Source: Gemmatimonadota bacterium | Lineage (GTDB): Bacteria; Gemmatimonadota; Gemmatimonadetes; Palauibacterales; KS3-K002 | Length of the DNA: 64,000 nucleotides | Assembly (NCBI GenBank): GCA_039586795.1 | Contig: JBDHJS010000034.1 | Coordinates: 1-64,000 of the forward strand | Direction of reading: 5' to 3' | Shown: one piece after another, positions 40,070-49,440 of the stretch | How the letters are laid out: each line of letters begins with the position of its first letter | Position numbering within the stretch: the first letter of the stretch is position 1 | Notes under the pieces: generated by a model | Told to the model about the DNA's origin: nothing | Databases searched by the model: none | The model's input: only the letters and a program-made list of their open reading frames with translations | Position numbers and translations under genes: made by a program

Positions 40070-40119
40070 TAGCCAACTTCTAACGCCCGGGTGATCTCCC
40101 CCCGCCCGGTGCGTTTGTG

Positions 40120-40899
40120 TCACCGCTCGGTGGCGACGATAGAGTTTCGCAGAATACCCACTTTCTCCAGCTCGACCTCCACCTCATCGCCTGGGCGCAT
40201 CGCCTGTGTGGAGCCCGGCGTACCCGTGAAGATCAGGTCTCCAGGCTTCAGCGTTAAGTAACGGCTGATAAAGCTGACCAGGGTATCGACACCGAAGATC
40301 AGGTCCTGCGTCCGCGTCGACTGGCGCACCTCTCCGTTCAGTCTCGTCTCGAGTGCCAGGTTGCTGTAGTCCACTCCCGTGACGATCGCCGGGCCGACGG
40401 GACCAAAGGTGTCCGACCCCTTCGCCCTCACCCATTGCAGATCGTTACGCTGCCAATTCCGCTCGCTCACATCGTTGCCGGCCGTCACGCCAAAGACGTG
40501 TTCGTGCGCCTGACCAATCGACACGTTGCGTGTCTCTTTTCCGATGACGACGACGAGCTCGCCCTCGTAGTGTACCTCCTTCGCATCGGCAGGGATCACT
40601 ATCGGCTGGCCGTGACCGATCAAGCTCGAAGGAAATTTCGCGAACAGCCCCGGGTACTCCGGCTCCGGCCGATCGCGCAGATGGCTGCGGTAGTTGAGGC
40701 CCACCGCGATGACCTTGGACGGTTCACTCGGAGGGAGAAGTGTCACCGCGTCGTACGCCACGCTTTGACCGGTTTCCCTCGCGCTAGCGAACAGGTCGCC
40801 CTCCAGCACCTTCACGACCTCGCCCTCCAACCGACCGTAGGACACTTCGCTGCCTAGCTTGAAACGGATATACCGCGCCTTTTCACTCATCGTCATCAC
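40120..40899 (-). CDS. Fumarylacetoacetate hydrolase family protein
   Basis: KVIAVGLNY, FAKFPSS, HYEGEL, NDVSER, KGSDTF, GDLIFTGTP. Confidence 0.93.
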   Translation of the reverse strand: MMTMSEKARYIRFKLGSEVSYGRLEGEVVKVLEGDLFASARETGQSVAYDAVTLLPPSEPSKVIAVGLNYRSHLRDRPEPEYPGLFAKFPSSLIGHGQPIVIPADAKEVHYEGELVVVIGKETRNVSIGQAHEHVFGVTAGNDVSERNWQRNDLQWVRAKGSDTFGPVGPAIVTGVDYSNLALETRLNGEVRQSTRTQDLIFGVDTLVSFISRYLTLKPGDLIFTGTPGSTQAMRPGDEVEVELEKVGILRNSIVATER

Positions 40900-40990
40900 G
40901 GATTCCTTTTGCTTCTGGCCAGCGGTTGGGGGCAGAATAATAGGTGTCTGGCCCGCTTTCGATCCAGACGGTCAGCCATTACCCTGACCC

Positions 40991-42226
40991 ATGCGCTATA
41001 TCCTGGTCCCCGTCGGCTCCACAGGCGATGTCCACCCTTTCCTGGGCATCGGGCGGGAGCTCCGCACCCGGGGCCACGACGTCACGCTGGCCGCCGGCGA
41101 ACCGTTCCGCGCCCCCGCCCAGCGCGCCGGCCTCGATTTCCTGCCCACCTGGACGGAGGAGGCCTTCGAGCTCCTCGCCCAGGATCCCGGCCTCTGGCAC
41201 CCGAAACGGGGCCTCCAGGTCGTGCTCGGGGCCGTAAGTAACATGCTGTCAACGACATACGCCGCCCTTCACGAGGCATATCGGCCCGGCGAAACGACTC
41301 TGGTCGGCCACACCCTGGCCCTCCCCGTTCGGCTGCTGGAGGAGAAGTACGGCGCGCCGGCGGCCACGATCCATCTGGCTCCAGGCACGATTCGCTCGAC
41401 TCACCTCGCCCCTGCCCTGCCCCCCGTGCGAGATATCTCGGGCGCACCCGGCTGGTTCAAGCGCGCGCTTTTCTGGGCGATCGACAGGTGGTACATCGAT
41501 CCCTACGTCGCGGGACCGCTCAACGCGTTGCGCTCCGACCTCGGCCTCCCGCCGGTTAGCCGCGTCTTCGAATCCTGGATCCACTCGCCCAACGCGACGA
41601 TCGGGCTGTTTCCCGAGTGGTTCGGGCCGCCGCAGCCCGACTGGCCGAAAAGCATGCGGCTCACGGCGTTCCCGCTATACGATGATGATGACGGGGCTCC
41701 CGACCCGGAGCTCGACGGGTTCCTTGCGGCTGGTGACCCGCCCATCGTTTTCACGCCGGGATCGGCCAACCGTCAGGCGCCGGCGTTCTTCGAAGCTGCG
41801 CTCGACGCGACGACCGTTCTGGGACGACGGGCGTTGTTCCTCACCCGCTATCCTGAGCAGCTACCCGTAGACCTACCCGACACCGTCCGCCATGTCCCGT
41901 GGGTTCCCCTCGCCCGCCTGCTCCCCGACTGTGCCGCGATCGTCCATCACGGCGGAATCGGCACCTGCGCCCAGGGACTCGCCGCCGGAATCCCGCAGCT
42001 GACGATGCCCATGGGCTTTGATCAGCCCGACAACTCTCTGAGGCTGCAGCGGCTAGGCGTAGGCGCCTACCTGGAACCGCATAGGTTCAAGGGCAAGCTG
42101 CTGGCCTCGGCTGTGTCTCGGTTGCTCAACGGTCGGACCGTGGCCGCAGCGTGTGTGAAGTACAGCGACGAGACCCGCAGCGAGGACGGGGTCGGGCTAA
42201 CCTGCGATGCCCTGGAAAGGTTGTAG
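40991..42226 (+). CDS. GT1 family glycosyltransferase (RhlB/sterol-GT-like)
   Basis: GSTGDVHP, FTPGS, VHHGGIGT, MGFDQPDN. Confidence 0.92.
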   Translation: MRYILVPVGSTGDVHPFLGIGRELRTRGHDVTLAAGEPFRAPAQRAGLDFLPTWTEEAFELLAQDPGLWHPKRGLQVVLGAVSNMLSTTYAALHEAYRPGETTLVGHTLALPVRLLEEKYGAPAATIHLAPGTIRSTHLAPALPPVRDISGAPGWFKRALFWAIDRWYIDPYVAGPLNALRSDLGLPPVSRVFESWIHSPNATIGLFPEWFGPPQPDWPKSMRLTAFPLYDDDDGAPDPELDGFLAAGDPPIVFTPGSANRQAPAFFEAALDATTVLGRRALFLTRYPEQLPVDLPDTVRHVPWVPLARLLPDCAAIVHHGGIGTCAQGLAAGIPQLTMPMGFDQPDNSLRLQRLGVGAYLEPHRFKGKLLASAVSRLLNGRTVAAACVKYSDETRSEDGVGLTCDALERL

Positions 42227-42375
42227 GATTGCCGAAGCGTGGCGACGTTAATCCTGTGAGTCCATTTCTTGTGCCCAGTAGGCCATTTTTCTAGATTTGA
42301 TGCCGTTACTCGTGCCCGATTCGCCGACTTCGCCCGACCGGAGGTGGCTGCCGGTCGGCTTTACATTTAGGAGTC

Positions 42376-42951
42376 ATGAACGCCGAAGCGAGCCCCAACC
42401 GCGGCGAAGTGACGCAGCTGCTGGTCGCCATCCGCGACGGCGAGCGCGAAGCGCTCGATCGTCTGCTCCCGCTGGTCTACGAGGAGCTGCGCCGAATGGC
42501 TCAACGCCAGTTGGGCCGCGAACGCGCCGACCACACGCTGCACGCCACCGCCCTCGTCCACGAAGCCTACCTGAAGCTGGCCGGCGGTTCACTTAACGCC
42601 GTTGACCGTTCTCACTTTCTCGCCATCTCCGCCCGCGCCATGCGACAGGTACTGGTCGAGTACGCGCGACGACGCAACGCCGAGAAACGCGGCGGCGGCT
42701 GGGAGCGCACGACGTTGAACGACGGGGACAACGCCGTCGAGTTCAGCCCCGACGAGCTGCTGTCGCTCGACGCGGCGTTGTCGGAGCTGGAACCGCGTCA
42801 GCGCGAAGTGGTGGAGTACCGCTTCTTCGGTGGCATGGACGAGCAGGAGGTCGCAACGGTGATGGGCATTTCCGATCGGACCGTTCGCCGCGACTGGGTC
42901 AAAGCTCGGGCGTGGTTGTACAAGAAACTCTACCAGGAGTCCGACGCGTAG
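42376..42951 (+). CDS. ECF sigma factor, kinase-associated type (ECF43/TIGR02999-like)
   Basis: EVTQLL, LVYEELRRMA, HTLHATALVHEAYLKL, RQVLVEYAR...KRGG, TVRRDW..ARAWL. Confidence 0.93.
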   Translation: MNAEASPNRGEVTQLLVAIRDGEREALDRLLPLVYEELRRMAQRQLGRERADHTLHATALVHEAYLKLAGGSLNAVDRSHFLAISARAMRQVLVEYARRRNAEKRGGGWERTTLNDGDNAVEFSPDELLSLDAALSELEPRQREVVEYRFFGGMDEQEVATVMGISDRTVRRDWVKARAWLYKKLYQESDA

Positions 42952-42978
42952 CGCCGCCCGCCAGATGACATTCGTGCC

Positions 42979-45900
42979 ATGACACCCGAGCGTAGAAAGG
43001 AAATCGAGGCGCTTTTCGAGGAAGCGCTGGATCTTCCGCAAGCTGACCGCGATGCGTGGCTCGCCGACGCTTGCGAAGGCGATGAAGAGCTGCGCCGGGA
43101 GGTCATGGCCCTCCTCAAGGCACACGACCGGGCCGACGGACTGCTGGACGGCGACGCCGTCGCGATGGCCGCCTCAGTTATCGACCGGGAGGTCACTCAC
43201 GAGCGCATCGGTCCCTACCGTATCGACACTGTGCTGGGCCGCGGCGGTATGGGCATCGTCTACCTGGCGGAGCGGGACGACGGCCAGTTCAGGCGCCAGG
43301 TCGCAATAAAGCTGATCCGCGGCGGTACGGAGCTCTCCGAACTCCATCGCCGCTTCGAGGTCGAGCGACAGGTGCTCGCATCTCTCGATCACCCCAACAT
43401 CGCGCGCTTGCTGGACGGCGGCATCACTGAGGACGGTCTTCCGTACCTCGTGATGGAATACGTCGACGGCCTGCCGATCGACGACTACTGCCGGGCGAAC
43501 AACCTCGATATCGATGACCGGCTCGAGCTGTTCCGCACAGCGGCCCGTGCCGTTCAGCATGCCCATCGGAACCTCGTCGTTCACCGGGACCTCAAGCCAT
43601 CCAACATCTTCGTCACGGCGGACGGCGTGGTGAAGCTGCTCGACTTCGGCATCGCCAAGATCCTCGATCCGACTGTGTTCGGACATTCCAGCACGATCAC
43701 GCGTACCGGCGCGCGGCTGATGACGCCGGCCTACGCCAGCCCCGAGCAGATCACCGGCGATCCGATCACGACGGCGACCGACGTCTATGGCCTCGGCGTG
43801 GTCCTTTACCAGTTGCTCACCGAGCGGCTCCCGTTCAGCCTCGACGGCTGTTCGCCCGGCGAGTGCGAACGCATCATCTTGAGTGACGAGCCGGCACGGC
43901 CAAGCTCTGTGGTCATCCAGCCAATCGCGCGAGACCAGGCGCCCACCGTGGTGCCCGAAGATCCGAGCGCGCCCGGCCTCGCCCTCGACGCCACCGCACC
44001 CATCCCGGTTCCTGACGCCGCGTTGACGATGCCTTTGCTTCACCACGCTCAGCGTCTCCGCCGTCGACTGAGGGGCGATCTCGACCGTATCGTGCTGCAG
44101 GCGCTTCGCAAGGAACCCGAACGACGATACGCTTCCCCCGCTGAGCTGGCGGAAGACATCGATCATCACCTGAAGGGCTTGCCGGTCAGCGCCCGGGCCG
44201 ATTCGAGAGCGTACCGCGCTCGGAAGTTCGTCTATCGCCATCGTTGGGGCGTAGCCGTCTCCGCCGTCGTTGCCATCACGCTCATCGCCGGCGCCCTCGC
44301 CACCGCGTGGCAGGCGCGTCGCGCGTCGCGACAGGCGGCGATAGCATCCGCGCAGCGAGACCGCGCCACCAGCGAAGCAGAGAAGGCGGCGCGCGTCGCC
44401 GGCTTGATGCTCGACCTCTTCCGCCTCTCCGACCCCACGCAGACGCTGGGCGATACCGTCACGGCCCGGGAGGTTCTCGATCAGGGGGCCGAGCGAATCG
44501 AGCGCGAGTTCCGCGACCAGCCGGAGGTGCAGGCGGACTTGCTCTCCGAGGTGGCCCGCGTCTACGGCAACCTGGGTCTCCTCGACCGCTCCGAGTCACT
44601 AGTGCGCCGCTCGCTGCAGTTGCGGGAGGACCTGTTCGGCCCGACCAGCCTCGAGGTCTCGGCCAGCCTGGGTCAGCTCGGGCAAATCCTGGCGGCGGAA
44701 GGCCGGCGCGATGAAGCGATAACCCACCTGCGCCGCGCCGTGGAGATCCGTCAAGCTTCGCTCGAAGCCCCGGACTCGATGCTCGCCCAAATGCAGACCG
44801 ATCTGGCCTGGGAGGTTCGCGCGGCCGGACAGCACGAAGAGGCCGCCGAGCTGTTCCGTCGGGCGCTGAACACACAGATCAATCAGCTGGGCGACGAATC
44901 GCCGCTGGTCGCCACCACGATGTTCGGCCTCGCCTCTGCGTACCACGATCGCGGAAGCTTCGATGAGGCCGAGGCGCTCTTCCAGCAGGCTCTGGAACGC
45001 TACGACGCGGACATCGCCCGCCCGCACCCTATGGCGGCAACGGCTCTACTCAACATCGGAATGCTGCGCCGTTTAAAGGAGGAGTACCTCGCCGCCGAAC
45101 CGATGCTCGAGTCGGCGTTGGCCATGCGGCAGGCGCTCTACGATCCGGACCACTACATGGTGATCGAGGCGCTGAGCGAGTACGGACAACTGATGTATTA
45201 CCTGGGTCGCTACGACGAAGCATACCGCGTTCTTCTCGATGGCACGGAAAGAGCTAATCGCATCCTCGGACCCGAGCACGACAAGACGATCACGCTGCGG
45301 GAAGCGCTGGCAATCAGTTTGTCGCTGTCCGGCCGCTACTCAGAGGCTCTGGCGCGTCACGACACGGCTCTCGCAATCAAGCGCGAGGAAGGCGCGGGGG
45401 CGAGCCTGCTCGCATCGATCATGCGATCGGGCCGCGTGCTCCTGGAGATGGGGCGCCTGCAAGAGGCCGGCGCTCGTTTCGACGAGGGGCTCGCCATGAC
45501 CGAGCCGACCAGCGTCTACCGAATTCTGGCCCTACGCGGCTCAGCGCAGGTAGCGCAGCGGCAAGGTCGTTACGCCGAAGCGGAGCGCATGCTGAACGAG
45601 GGCTTGGCCATCGCTACGGAACGTCTGCGACCGACGCATCGCTACACGCTGGGCACACAGCGGGCCATGGCCTGCCTGATGATCGAGACCGGTCGCTACG
45701 CGGATGCCGCAACACTTCTGGAGGGCGTCCTCGCTGCCGAGCGCACCAAATTCCGCGAGCCGCATCCGGAGATCGGCCACACGCTCCACCACCTCGGCGC
45801 GGCGTACCTGGGGCTCGCTGACTACGGTCGCGCCGACGGTACGCTCCGCCTGGCCCTCGCCAATTACGCAGCTCTGCCCAGCACTCACTGGCAGGTCGGA

Positions 45901-46050
45901 GATGCGACCAGCCTGTTGGGCGCCTCCCTGCTCGCCCAGGGGCAAGATCCCGTCGCCCGGCAGCTTCTTGAAGACGGGCAGCGTATCGTGCGCAACCATG
46001 TTGGGCCCGATACTTGGCAGGCTCGAAGGGTCCAGGCACGCCTGCAGTAA
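42979..46050 (+). CDS. Ser/Thr protein kinase with TM helix and extracytoplasmic TPR repeats
   Basis: GRGGMGIVY, VAIK, HRDLKPSN, DFG, YASPEQ; TM WGVAVSAVVAITLIAGALA; TPR-like repeats. Confidence 0.95.
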   Translation: MTPERRKEIEALFEEALDLPQADRDAWLADACEGDEELRREVMALLKAHDRADGLLDGDAVAMAASVIDREVTHERIGPYRIDTVLGRGGMGIVYLAERDDGQFRRQVAIKLIRGGTELSELHRRFEVERQVLASLDHPNIARLLDGGITEDGLPYLVMEYVDGLPIDDYCRANNLDIDDRLELFRTAARAVQHAHRNLVVHRDLKPSNIFVTADGVVKLLDFGIAKILDPTVFGHSSTITRTGARLMTPAYASPEQITGDPITTATDVYGLGVVLYQLLTERLPFSLDGCSPGECERIILSDEPARPSSVVIQPIARDQAPTVVPEDPSAPGLALDATAPIPVPDAALTMPLLHHAQRLRRRLRGDLDRIVLQALRKEPERRYASPAELAEDIDHHLKGLPVSARADSRAYRARKFVYRHRWGVAVSAVVAITLIAGALATAWQARRASRQAAIASAQRDRATSEAEKAARVAGLMLDLFRLSDPTQTLGDTVTAREVLDQGAERIEREFRDQPEVQADLLSEVARVYGNLGLLDRSESLVRRSLQLREDLFGPTSLEVSASLGQLGQILAAEGRRDEAITHLRRAVEIRQASLEAPDSMLAQMQTDLAWEVRAAGQHEEAAELFRRALNTQINQLGDESPLVATTMFGLASAYHDRGSFDEAEALFQQALERYDADIARPHPMAATALLNIGMLRRLKEEYLAAEPMLESALAMRQALYDPDHYMVIEALSEYGQLMYYLGRYDEAYRVLLDGTERANRILGPEHDKTITLREALAISLSLSGRYSEALARHDTALAIKREEGAGASLLASIMRSGRVLLEMGRLQEAGARFDEGLAMTEPTSVYRILALRGSAQVAQRQGRYAEAERMLNEGLAIATERLRPTHRYTLGTQRAMACLMIETGRYADAATLLEGVLAAERTKFREPHPEIGHTLHHLGAAYLGLADYGRADGTLRLALANYAALPSTHWQVGDATSLLGASLLAQGQDPVARQLLEDGQRIVRNHVGPDTWQARRVQARLQ

Positions 46051-46065
46051 GAGGACTGCTACGCA

Positions 46066-46250
46066 GACATTTCGACAGCCGACAGCCGATGGTCGTCGCT
46101 CATCGTCCGAGTCCTGTTGGGCGACCGACGTTCGACGCTCTACGTACGTCGTTCGACTGCCGGACGATGAACGTCGGGCGTCGGGCGTCGGGCGCTGAAT
46201 AGGACTCGGGAGTCGAGCGGTGGCTGTCCGCTGTCGGCTGTCGAAATGTC
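46066..46250. repeat. 185-bp palindromic element with perfect 21-bp terminal inverted repeats and heptamer periodicity
   Basis: GACATTTCGACAGCCGACAGC (46066-46086) / GCTGTCGGCTGTCGAAATGTC (46230-46250); inner CCGAGTCCT/AGGACTCGG; (cgtcggg)x3. Confidence 0.85.
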
Positions 46251-46336
46251 ACCGCCAGGTGTCCGCTCCCCCACCATTCCTACGCATACCCATACGAGAG
46301 AGGAATTAGGCCCTGACTATCGCAAGGAATAGTGCC

Positions 46337-46759
46337 ATGAACGGCTTGAGAACTATACAGATTCGCAGGGCGGAGACATTCCGGGACACGGCAAGCCGCC
46401 GGGAGCTGAAGCGGCAGCAGATGGCTCCCCGAGCACGCTCGCTGGCCCAGAGCGAACGTATCGCGGCCCGCGTCTCGGAGTTCAGCGTACCGAACGCTTC
46501 AGCCGCCCTTCGTCTGAGCGTCCTCCGCCGGCTGGACCAGTTCGGTTCCCAGGAGGCGAGGGATATCCCCCACGCCTGGCCGGTCACTGGAGCACACGTC
46601 CGGGCGGCGGTCCGCCAACTCCGGGCGGACGGCCTTGTAGAGCTGGACACGACGAGAGCGGGGCGCGCCAATCGTTTGACCGCCCACGGTAGACGCGTGC
46701 TGGACGAGATCGACTGGACCGAGACGGTGCAGTCGATGACCCGCGACGGCGAGCTCTGA
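46337..46759 (+). CDS. Winged-helix (MarR-like) DNA-binding protein
   Basis: C-terminal VRAAVRQLRADGLVE...RLTAHGRRVL pattern; AAGGA SD. Confidence 0.65.
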   Translation: MNGLRTIQIRRAETFRDTASRRELKRQQMAPRARSLAQSERIAARVSEFSVPNASAALRLSVLRRLDQFGSQEARDIPHAWPVTGAHVRAAVRQLRADGLVELDTTRAGRANRLTAHGRRVLDEIDWTETVQSMTRDGEL

Positions 46760-46815
46760 GTCGATGAGCAACGACGTCATCAGGCTCGAACGCAGCGACG
46801 GCGCGAGCTAGAACG

Positions 46816-47586
46816 ATGAAACGGCGGAACGACTCTCCCCGATACCTGGCCTCGTTGATGGATGCCGAAGTCCAGCTTCCCGGAGGTGACGAGGAGCGGT
46901 TCAACGGCTACGGCGTCATGGGCCTGACTTTCGAGACCGGCCACGTGCTGGCGCTCAGGCGTCTCGGCTCCTCCTCGGTCGGCCACGGTTACACTTCCGT
47001 CTGGCACCGCACTCCGGAAGGGATCTGGACGTTCTACGCCGATGTCGCCCCCGGGCAGGGATGCACGCGCTACTTCGGGTCAGCGGTGCACGAGGTCAAG
47101 ATCTCGCAGGTCGAGATCGATTGGATCGGTCCACAAACGCTCAACGTCACCGTCCCCGAGGCCCACCTGGAGTGGTCCATGCGACTGGGGAACACACGGG
47201 CCACCCGGGCACTCAACACCGCGGCCGATCTGATGCCCCGACGTCTCTGGAAGAGCAAGGCGGTGCTGTCGCTTCTGGGCCGTATCACGAGTTGGGCTCT
47301 GGATGTCGGCACTCTCGAACTGCAGGGCTGCGTCCCGAACGGTCAGTACTATATGTCGAATCCGCGAGTTGTATGGTCGATCGAATCAAGCTCCGCCGTG
47401 CTAAACGGTGAGTCGCTCGGTAACCCTGCGCCTCTGGATGAGCAGGCGCGAATCGGCGACTACTGGATCCCCAACCGGGGGATATTCACCTTCGGCCAGG
47501 CCTACTTCGAGCCGTTCAACGACGCGAAGCACTCGTCAGCAACTAAACGCACCGACGATAAGGTCATCGTAGCAGCCGAGATGTAG
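46816..47586 (+). CDS. Hypothetical protein (beta-rich, aromatic)
   Basis: 256-aa ORF with coding-like composition; GYGVMGL.F..GHVLALRR...YTSVWHR...W.FY. Confidence 0.75.
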   Translation: MKRRNDSPRYLASLMDAEVQLPGGDEERFNGYGVMGLTFETGHVLALRRLGSSSVGHGYTSVWHRTPEGIWTFYADVAPGQGCTRYFGSAVHEVKISQVEIDWIGPQTLNVTVPEAHLEWSMRLGNTRATRALNTAADLMPRRLWKSKAVLSLLGRITSWALDVGTLELQGCVPNGQYYMSNPRVVWSIESSSAVLNGESLGNPAPLDEQARIGDYWIPNRGIFTFGQAYFEPFNDAKHSSATKRTDDKVIVAAEM

Positions 47587-47590
47587 CGCC

Positions 47591-47629
47591 AAAGAGAAAC
47601 CGGCCGGCACCTCCTCGATGCCGACCGGT
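47591..47629 (-). terminator. Terminator downstream of the aldehyde dehydrogenase
   Basis: Minus strand ACCGGTCGGCA-N9-TGCCGGCCGGT-TTCTCTTT. Confidence 0.65.
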
Positions 47630-47663
47630 CGTGAGCGCGTGAACGGAGAGACTACCAGGAAAC

Positions 47664-49229
47664 CTAATCTCCGAACTTGATCCCCTGCGCCAGCGGAAGT
47701 TCACCGCTCCAGTTCACGGTGTTCGTCTGACGCCTCATATACGCCTTCCACGAGTCGGACCCCGACTCTCGGCCACCGCCCGTTTCCTTTTCGCCGCCGA
47801 ACGCGCCGCCGATCTCGGCGCCGCTGGTCCCAATGTTCACGTTGGCGATACCGCAGTCGCTGCCACGCGGTGAGAGGAAGCGCTCCGCCTCGAGCACGTT
47901 GTCGGTGAAGATCGACGAAGAGAGGCCCTGCGGCACACCGTTGTGAAGCGCTATCGCCTCCTCGACCTCTCCCACCGCCTGCTGCGGCGTCGACGATGCG
48001 TCGCCGTAGCCTATGATGTAGAGGATCGGCGCGAACGTCTCTTCCTGAACGATCTCGTACTCGTTCTTCGCCGCCGCGATGCACGGCTTGACGTAATGGC
48101 CGCCCGGATAATCCGACCCGTCCAGCGGCTCGCCACCGTAAAGAATCTCGCCGCCTTCCTTCTGAACCCGCTCGATGGCGCCCTGAAGATCCTGCACGGC
48201 ATCCTTCGTCACTAGCGGACCCATCAGGATCTTCGAGTCCCGGGGATCGCCAATCGGGATCCCCTCGTACGCCTTCACCAGGCGGCTCACCAACTCTTCG
48301 CGCTTCGACTCGTGGACGATGATACGGCGCGTTGACGTGCAACGCTGACCGGCCGTCCCGACCGCCCCGAACAGAATCGTTCGAATCGCCATGTCCATGT
48401 TCGCGCTCGGCGTCACGATGACCGCGTTGTTTCCGCCCAGCTCCAGGATCGTACGCCCGAGCCGCTTACCCACCACCGAACCTACCCGGTAACCCATCGT
48501 GCAACTGCCGGTCGCCGATACCAGTGGGATGCGCGTGTCGTGAAGCAGACGGTCGCCAACCGTCGAGCCCTTGCCCACGACCAACGAAAAGATCGCCGGG
48601 TCCACATCGTTCTCGCGGGCCACCTGCTCGGCAATCTTCGTGCACGCGATGGCTGTCAGCGGCGTCTGACTCGACGGCTTCCACAGCACGCTGTCGCCGC
48701 AGACCGCGGCCAGCGCCGTGTTCCAGCTCCATACCGCCACCGGGAAGTTGAACGCGCTGATCACGCCCACCACGCCCAGCGGATGCCACTGCTCGAACAT
48801 GCGGTGATCGGGCCGCTCCGACTGCATCGTCAGCCCGTACAGCTGACGCGACAGACCTGTGGCGAAGTCGCAGATGTCGATCATCTCCTGGACCTCGCCT
48901 TCGCCCTCGGCGATGATCTTTCCCATCTCCAGCGTAACCAGCTGGGCAAGATCGCTCTTGTACTCGCGCAGCCGGTTGCCCAGCTGGCGCACGACCTCGC
49001 CGCGCGCCGGCCCCGGTACCTTACGCCATTCCAGAAACGCCGCGTGCGCCCGAGCGACGATGCCGTCGTATTCGTCTTCCGTGACCTGCTGGACCGTGGC
49101 GATCCGCGACCCATCGATGGGCGTGATCACTTCCAGATCCGGTCCAGAGCCGATCCACTCGCCGCCGAAACCGCCGGGGGTCCTGTCCGAGATACCTAGC
49201 TTCTTGAGAAAGTCTGCGCTTTTGGCCAT
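47664..49229 (-). CDS. amaB: ALDH7/antiquitin-family aldehyde dehydrogenase (piperideine-6-carboxylate dehydrogenase-like)
   Basis: GEGEVQEMIDICDFA.GLSRQL, SAFNFPVAVWSWN, LELGGNN, GTAGQRCT, GAEIGGAFGGEKETGGGRESGSD. Confidence 0.9.
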   Translation of the reverse strand: MAKSADFLKKLGISDRTPGGFGGEWIGSGPDLEVITPIDGSRIATVQQVTEDEYDGIVARAHAAFLEWRKVPGPARGEVVRQLGNRLREYKSDLAQLVTLEMGKIIAEGEGEVQEMIDICDFATGLSRQLYGLTMQSERPDHRMFEQWHPLGVVGVISAFNFPVAVWSWNTALAAVCGDSVLWKPSSQTPLTAIACTKIAEQVARENDVDPAIFSLVVGKGSTVGDRLLHDTRIPLVSATGSCTMGYRVGSVVGKRLGRTILELGGNNAVIVTPSANMDMAIRTILFGAVGTAGQRCTSTRRIIVHESKREELVSRLVKAYEGIPIGDPRDSKILMGPLVTKDAVQDLQGAIERVQKEGGEILYGGEPLDGSDYPGGHYVKPCIAAAKNEYEIVQEETFAPILYIIGYGDASSTPQQAVGEVEEAIALHNGVPQGLSSSIFTDNVLEAERFLSPRGSDCGIANVNIGTSGAEIGGAFGGEKETGGGRESGSDSWKAYMRRQTNTVNWSGELPLAQGIKFGD

Positions 49230-49440
49230 TCCGCTCCTACCTATCTAGCCGTTCAGTTGCCTGAGCTTGCTCTCGAGGGGCCCATCTCGCACCGGGCACC
49301 GGCCATTCTATCATCTGCTATCCGGTGAGGCCAGTCATTAAGCCGTTACCGAAACATCACAGTTTTCGGGCCCGTAGGGCACAAAGACCGACCCTCGTGC
49401 CCCAGTCATAAGCCCCATCCAAAGCACAATCGAGGACCTC

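Noticed and set aside
46066..46250. CRISPR array or IS element
   Set aside because: No repeat-spacer periodicity, no cas genes and no transposase ORF; kept only as a palindromic element.
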